Below the pieces are notes generated by a model. The model was not told the origin of the DNA. It did not search any database and worked only from the letters and a program-made list of their open reading frames with translations. A stretch of 64,000 bases of DNA from Piromyces finnis finn. Taxonomy: Eukaryota > Fungi > Neocallimastigomycota. A program made the position numbers and the translations under genes. This document shows positions 53,476 to 64,000 of this stretch, piece after piece; within the stretch, counting starts at the first letter, position 1, and every line of letters starts with the position of its first letter. Where the stretch lies: NCBI GenBank assembly GCA_002104945.1, contig MCFH01000001.1:248001-312000 (forward strand), given 5' to 3'.

Positions 53476-56445
53476 ATGAAATTTAATTCAATATTAAAAT
53501 TAGATTTAATATGTTCATTCATATCAATATCGACTTCGATACCCATAAAGAAAGAAGACGTATCAAACAGTAAGAATACTAAAAATAATAATAATCTTGT
53601 ACGAAGAAATGATATTTCAGAGAATAATAATGAATTACCATTCCCAATGCCATTTGATTGGGGTAAGATGGGAAATGATAATAATCCTTTTCCTTCTTTT
53701 CCAATAAATAATAATAATAATGAATTACCATTCCCAAATCCATTTGATTGGAATAATATGGGGAATGATAATAATAATAATCCTTTTCCATCTTTTCCAA
53801 TGAATAATAATAATAATAATGAGTTATCACCCTTCCCGATGCCATTTGATTGGGGTAAGATGGGAAAAGATAATACTCAAAATCAAAATAATAATAATGA
53901 ATTTCCTTCATTACCAACGTTTGCACCAATGCCATTTGATTGGAATAAGAAAGAAAAAGATAATGAAAACACCCAAATAACAACATCTAAAAGTAATAAT
54001 AAAGACCTTAATGAAACCCCTACAATACATAAAACAGTTACTGAATCAGCTTCTAAAAAAACCACCATACCTAAAACTATAAACAATATTATACCTACTA
54101 CTACTACTACTACTACTACTACAACTGTATATATAAGTGAAGAAATAGTAAATACTAAATCAAAACCTACTACACTAATTGATAATAATACCCAAATAGA
54201 AAAAGAAATAATACCAACTACAAAACTAAAATCAGGATCTAAAACATCAAAATATTCAACAATATCTACATCATCGTTAGACGAAACAACAAAAATACCT
54301 ACGAAAACTACCTCAACCCAAATTGAAACATTGACTCCAACACAAGATAAAACAACTACAATTACATCATCAGCATCAATCATTGAAACTTCTATAATGG
54401 ATGAAGTCATTTCAGATAATACATCATTATCACAAACAAAAACTGTACCGTTAACAGCTTCATCGACAGTTCCCGTCGAAACATCATCATACTCAGATGA
54501 TAGTACTGATCAAAGAATTAATGATGGTAGAATGATAGAAATTACAGAAAAAAAGGAATCATATTCAGATGATAGTACTGATCAACTAATTAATGATAGT
54601 AAAATGATAGAAATTACAGGAAAGAAGGAAGACACAGAAAAAACCAAAAGTCAATTTGTTAATCTTGGAAGATCAAGTGGAAATAATAATAATGACGATG
54701 ATATTTATGTAAATTATGATGATGATAGTAATAGATTAAGAAGTACCAATAATAATAATAATAGATACAATAATTTAGATACAAATAATACTATAGAAAC
54801 AAATAATGATGATAATTTAAATAGTCAAAATAATAATCAAGATGTTCAATCTAACAATGTTATTGATATGGATAACAAAATAAATAATGAAAATAATATT
54901 AATACCACTAATAATAATGATAATAGTGATGATACTACTATAACTACCACCGCTGTTGCTACTACTACTACTACTACTACTACTACGAATAATAATAATA
55001 ATAATAATAATAGTCAAAATGATAGTTACAGCTTAAATGGCGTATCGAATATAAGCTCAAATACAATAAGCACAAATGTAGATATTGAAAATCAACAAAA
55101 TACCAGTTATAACTCTAATATTAGTCAAAATAATAACAACAATAATAACAACAGTAATAACAATAATAATAGTAATAATGAACAATTAAATAATCAAAAT
55201 TATGGTAATGATATTCAAAATAATCAAAGCAATGAATATCAAAACAATATTAATCAAGGTAATAAAGATCATGGTATAATTGATAATCAAAATAATGAAA
55301 ATTTCAATAGTATAACCTCAAACAATAATGGCAATAGCTCCTACCAAGAAAATATTTCATACAATGAAAATAATCAAATAGGGGATGATCAACAAGATTT
55401 ATATCCAACATATGAAAACGACGTACCAACACCTGTCATGCCAACAATTACACCAACCATTTCAGTATTAAACAGTAAGCTTTTATTTTTAATTATAAAT
55501 ATTATATTTATTCCTATCCAATCCTAAAATACTACAAAAAGCTAATATTTATCTAATTCCTTTTTTTTTTTTTTTTTTTGTTAAATTTTAATTTTTATAA
55601 TTAGCTGAGGTAAAAGTGGTTTGTTGGACATTACCCGAAAAACCATGTTGTGAATCTTGTAAAATTCATAAAGCCTTTAATTACACCGAAAATATAGTCA
55701 AATTTTATGGATGGGAAAATAATGATTTATGTGGTATAAGTGATAGATGTATTACACCCTGGTTAGAAAATAATAATAATAATATTTCTTCAGAAGATGT
55801 AGCAAATGATAATGGCGTTATTACTGTTAATGGTGTACCAATTCAAAAGAATATAGATGACTCATTAATTAACAATAATAACAATAATAACAATAATAAT
55901 AATAATGGAATTTCCAATGAAGAAAGTATAAAAGAAAAAGTTATTGTTGTTCCAATTTGTTGGTCTACCTCCTTACCATGTTGTAAAAGTTGTAGTATTA
56001 TTACCACGGTAAATGAAAAGCTTGGTCAATATCTTGGATGGGAAAATGATAACTGGTAAGTAAAAAAAAAAAAAAAAAAAGCTATTTATAATAATAAAAA
56101 TGAATAATATATTTAAATAACCTATATTTTTATAATCTATAAATTTCAAAAAAAAAAAAAAAAAAAAGGTGTGCAATCCCAGATTCTTGTGGTCCAACAA
56201 ATACTATTCCTAATTTAACAAGAAGTAAAAGTGTAGAAAATAATTTTCAAACTAATGAAGATATCACAATAAATGAAGTTACAAAACAAGAATACAATGT
56301 AGTTAATTCTGGTTGTTGGTCCTATCCACATTATCCATGTTGTGAAGATTGTACAAGTGTTGAACTTTTAATTGATGCCGTAAATAATAATTATATTGGA
56401 TGGGAAAATAATAATTGGTGTGGTATTCCAGAAGAATGTCTTTAA
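53476..56445 (+). CDS. secreted low-complexity protein with three C-terminal fungal dockerin (CBM10/NCDD) modules (exons 53476-55474, 55605-56055, 56169-56445)
   Basis: Signal peptide; dockerin-type motifs CW...PCC..C...GWENNDLCGI, CWSTSLPCCKSC...GWENDNWCAI, and CWSYPHYPCCEDC...GWENNNWCGIP. No catalytic domain recognised. Confidence 0.88.
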
Positions 56446-56683
56446 TCACACCTCCTCTCTCCTTTTTTCCCTTTTTTTTTTTTTTTTTTAATAGAAATAG
56501 CCATCTTTTTTTTTTTTCTGTTTGTTTATTTGGTTTTCTTTTAATTTTATAAATCATAACATTACTTTTTTATAAGAAAAAAAAAAAAAAAAAAAATTGA
56601 ATAGAAATTATTCCCCAACAAGAATAATAATTTTGTACATTAAAAAGAATCATTTTTAAAAAATAATTTATTGAATAAAATAG

Positions 56684-56729
<46 letters not shown>

Positions 56730-57187
56730 TGAATAAGATATAGGTGTATATATATATATTTTTTTTTATTATTTTTACCAAAGTATTTTTTTTATACTTT
56801 CTCTTTTAATTTTTTCTAATGCATTTTTTTCTAAATAAATTTCTAAATAAATTTGTCTATTATTGAATCTTTTATTTCAAAAAAAAAAAAAAAATAAAAA
56901 ATAAAAATAAAAAATAAATAAATAAAATACTATTCATAATGAATTCATGATAAAATTAAAAAAATGTTAAAATGGTATAGATTACAAAATGAAAAATAAA
57001 CTATCCTTCTACATCTACATATACCTTTATATTGTGTAAATTTTGTATGAAAATAGAAAAATAAAAATTAAATAATAAATCTAACAATTTTTTTTTTAAA
57101 ATTTAATAGCTATACTATCAAATCGTAGGTATAAATATTAGGTTAAATAGTTACTTTTTTTTTTTTGTTTGTTTATATATTATTCCT

Positions 57188-57218
<31 letters not shown>

Positions 57219-57528
57219 CCATTTTCATTTTCACTTTCTTCCATAATTAAGATAGGCTTCATATTGTTCTTCATTGATAATGGGTATCGTTTCATTTTCT
57301 TTTTTTATTTTTTTATTCGTTTTAGACGACGAGGAATAACTTCGTTTTTCCTTAATATCATATTTTCTTTTTTTCTCATCTTTTTTTTTTTTTTTGGTAA
57401 GAAGGGAGGAAGGAAAAAATTAATATTTTTCAATTTAAAAAAAAAAAAAAAATTAGAATGATAATTACTCTATGGACTATTTAATAAAAATATAAATTAA
57501 ATACTGCTACTAGTAATAGGTTCAACTA

Positions 57529-60547
<3,019 letters not shown>

Positions 60548-61323
60548 TGTTTAATATATAAATGTTGTATTATTTTGTAAAAAATAAATGATTATTCATA
60601 AATTTTGTTTTACAGCCATTCATTCAAATATTTTAAATAAATAATTTTGTTTTTTTTATTTTTTTTATTTTTTTATTTTAATATATTAAAAAATTGTTTG
60701 TATTTTAAAAAAAAAAATTATTTTTTTTAAATGCATATTTTCAAAAACCAATTTTTTGTAAACTTTAAACTTAAATTATTATTAAATTTTTTTTAACCTT
60801 TTTTTTTCTCGTATTCCTGGGTCCATTCAACAAGAATCATCTATTTTTTTTTTTTTTCAATACTTAAAGATGGGTATTTTTTTTTTAAAAAAAAAAAAAA
60901 AAGTATGGTATGTGTGTGTGTGGATGGGATTAATAATTTTTTGTGGATCATTCAGTTTTTTTTTTTTTTAATTTTAATAGTAATTATAAGTGATAGATTA
61001 TCCATTAATATTTAATATAATATCAGAAAAAAAAAAAAAAACTTTGCAAATTTCTTATAATATTTTAAAAAGTATTTATTTTTTTTTAATATTACTTTTT
61101 CATTTCTTGAAAAAAGTTACTTAATAACCTCTTTTTTTCTTTTTTTTTTTTTTCTTCTTCTTTTATTATAATAAAAATTTTAATTTTATAAATTTTTTAA
61201 TTTAATCCATTTTTTTATTAAATTTTTTTAATATTAGATTAAATTTTTATTTTTATTATTTTTATTTTTTTTGCTTTTTTTTTAAAAAAAAAATATATAT
61301 AAATTTCAAAATATATAATAACC

Positions 61324-62646
61324 ATGGTATATAGGAAACATAGAACATCAACGACAAGTACAACAGAAACTTCAACAAATATTGAAGATTCAAATTCAGT
61401 AATTGAAAATGAAGAGGAAGAAGAAGAGGAGGAAGAAGAAGAAATTGTAAATTTATATAAAAAAAAAAAAATTAAATAATATTTTTACTTTCATTAAGCA
61501 TCAATGATTAAATGAACAATTTTTTTTTTTTTTAGAAAATATAAATGTTATCTAACAATACTAAACCAAATTTTATTTTTTCTTTCAGGAAAACTAAATA
61601 TACTCTTTTATTTTTATTATATATATTATTGATATTATTAATAATTAATAGGAAGAAAGTGATTCTGATGTATGGACACCTGAAATGGAGTTAACATTTT
61701 TACATGCAATTACAAAATTTAAACCAGTAGGCATTCATAAACACTTTAGAATGATCAATTTACAAAGATATTTTAATTCAAATAGTTCAAAAAAACTATC
61801 TACACAAGAACTATGGAATAAATTTACTACATTATATAATCAAGAAGCATTGGATGAACAAGTAGGTTTCTATTCTATATTTTAAGACAATTGAAAAAAA
61901 AAATAATAACCTTAAAGATAAATTATTTTTCCATTTATAATGAAATTCATTCCGTTAAATAATAATAATAGGATATTGTGTGGAAAATGTATAGCAAAAA
62001 TACATAAATTCATTTAAAGTTTTAATTTTTTTTAAAATTCTTATTACTAAAATGACAATTTCAATTTTAAAATATTAATATTCTTTTTTAGTATATATAA
62101 TGAAAGAAAGTGTGCTTTAGTTTATAATTATTGTTACTTGAATGAATAATTAAAAGTTTTTTTTTTTTAATGAATTGCACAATTTCTAATTTTTTTTTTT
62201 AACAAAAAAAAAAATAATAATAAATATTCTAATGTTAATTAAATTTTAAAATGTAACACTTTTTATAAATAATAGGCTAATAGATATAATCAAGAATTAT
62301 TAGAAACTCAACCGGCGAAAAAAAGAAAAACATTATTGTCTCCTGTACAAATAAATATAACAGAATTTGTATTACCAGCAGAAGATTTTGACACTATTAT
62401 ATCAGAACAAAGAAAAGCAACTTCACCTACAAGCACTTCACCTTCTCATTCTAGTGAAACAACAGAAAGTAATTATATAAAATATAGTTTTTTTTTTTTT
62501 ATTATTATTCTTATTTTCATTATTATAATTGCCATTATTATTTCTTTTTTTTTTTTTTTTTTTTTTTCAAGAAAAAATCTTTATATTTAAATAAATAAAT
62601 TTTTATAATACTCGTCATGATAACTAACCATATTTTTTTTTTCCCA

Positions 62647-62677
<31 letters not shown>

Positions 62678-62922
62678 TAGCTGAAAATTCACCTGCTCCA
62701 ATAACAGCATCAACACCAACAGTAACGCCAACACCACCAACGACAACATTGACATCAACAACAACGACATCAACAAAGAAAAATAGAGGACGTTCCGCTA
62801 GAGCATCTTTATCACAGAATGAAGAAAAGACGACAAAAACACAAAGTCCTTATACCTCTGGTACTAGAAGAACAACAAGAGCAAGAGCTATAAATTCACC
62901 ATCACTTAAAAGAAAAAGATAA
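61324..62922 (+). CDS. EAF7: NuA4 subunit Eaf7/MRGBP (multi-exon)
   Basis: WTPEMELTFLHAITKFKPVGIHKHFRMI...LWNKFTTLYNQEALDE and EFVLPAEDF match the Eaf7/CT20 family. The C-terminus is S/T-rich and basic. Confidence 0.9.
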
Positions 62923-62946
62923 TAATCATAAAGTGAAATGGAAATG

Positions 62947-62979
<33 letters not shown>

Positions 62980-64000
62980 ACAAAATTATATAATCATGAT
63001 AGAAATAAAAGTTTTTATATAAAAAAATTTTTTTTTTTGTTTTTTGTTTATAATGTACACATCTCGTTTTTTGCTACCAAATAACTAAATAAATTAAATG
63101 AAATTTTAAACACTAAAATTGATAGCTGAATCATTTTTCTAAACATCAAAATCCTACAATCCTCCACCTCACCTTTATAAAATAAACCCTATTTCTATTC
63201 CAATAATGCATAAAAAAAAAAAAAAAGATCCATTACAAAAATTTCCTCTATATAAACCTTTATAGAAAGAAAAACTTTCCTTTTTTAAAATTTACTTCTT
63301 CTTAAAACTCTATATACATTTCACACCTTCCCCTCCTCTCTTTTTAAATATTTAACCTATTTTTATCAAACTACTTTTGACCTTAAAATGATAGTATTTA
63401 TATGACTAACACTAACTTCATTAAATACATTATTTTTATATTTTTGAATTTTTTATTTTTTTTTATTTATTTATTTATTTTGCTATTATGAAAGGTTTAT
63501 TTTGATAAAGGTTTATGTGTAAAAAAAATATATATATAAAATAAATAAAGTGTACTATATTTATTTAGTTTATATTAAATCTTTTTTTGTTTGTTTATAT
63601 TTATTGTTGTTTCTTTTCTATTATATTTTGTTCATTTTATCAAGATTTTTCTTTTTCTATATTGTTTTTATTTACTAAAAAATATATAAACTTATATATA
63701 TATAAGCTATATTCTTTTTTTGGTAATTAAATAAATAACAAAATTATTTTAATAAATATATAACTTTATATTATTTATAATTTTATGTAAATATATTGTG
63801 TATATTTTATAATTTTTGTATTTATGATTTTTTTTTATTTTTGTAATATATTTGCTTTATTTAATTATTTGTTTATGTTTTAATATTATTACTTATATTA
63901 TAACGTTAAATATTATATATTTCCTTTTTTGGAAAAAACATTGATTATTTATATTTATATTGTTGTTTTATAAAAAATATTGATTTTCTTTCTAATTGGC

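Noticed and set aside
53620-53945. PFDW repeats as a pheromone or Kex2-processed peptide precursor
   Set aside because: The repeats are not separated by KR/RR sites, and the protein continues into dockerins.
53579-55017. Antisense ORFs over the dockerin gene
   Set aside because: They are reverse-complement shadows of Thr/Asn codon repeats.

Overview
Extremely AT-rich, intron-containing eukaryotic DNA with long homopolymers and AAT/TAAA microsatellites. Together with a gene carrying fungal (CBM10-type) dockerins, this points to an anaerobic gut fungus (Neocallimastigomycota); the taxon is inferred. Host genes, reconstructed by eye from GT-AG exons: SEN2, an unknown multi-exon gene, a large coiled-coil protein with a PCM1-like motif, NAA35/MAK10, MET6, EFR3, tRNA-Thr(UGU), an LRR-TM receptor-like gene, a triple-dockerin secreted protein, TFIIIA and EAF7. 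Two intact retroelements lie on either side of MET6. The first is a very young Ty1/copia element (LTRs that look identical, AATAG target-site duplication) whose primer-binding site matches the anticodon arm of tRNA-Lys(CUU) rather than a tRNA 3' CCA end. The second is a single-ORF APE-RT non-LTR element bracketed by 129-bp direct repeats, with a scrambled 5' mosaic and hairpin-rich tandem monomers. Just downstream of it lies an unexplained, GC-elevated, strongly base-paired island of about 320-400 bp. Family assignments come from remembered motifs, not database searches, and some exon boundaries are approximate.
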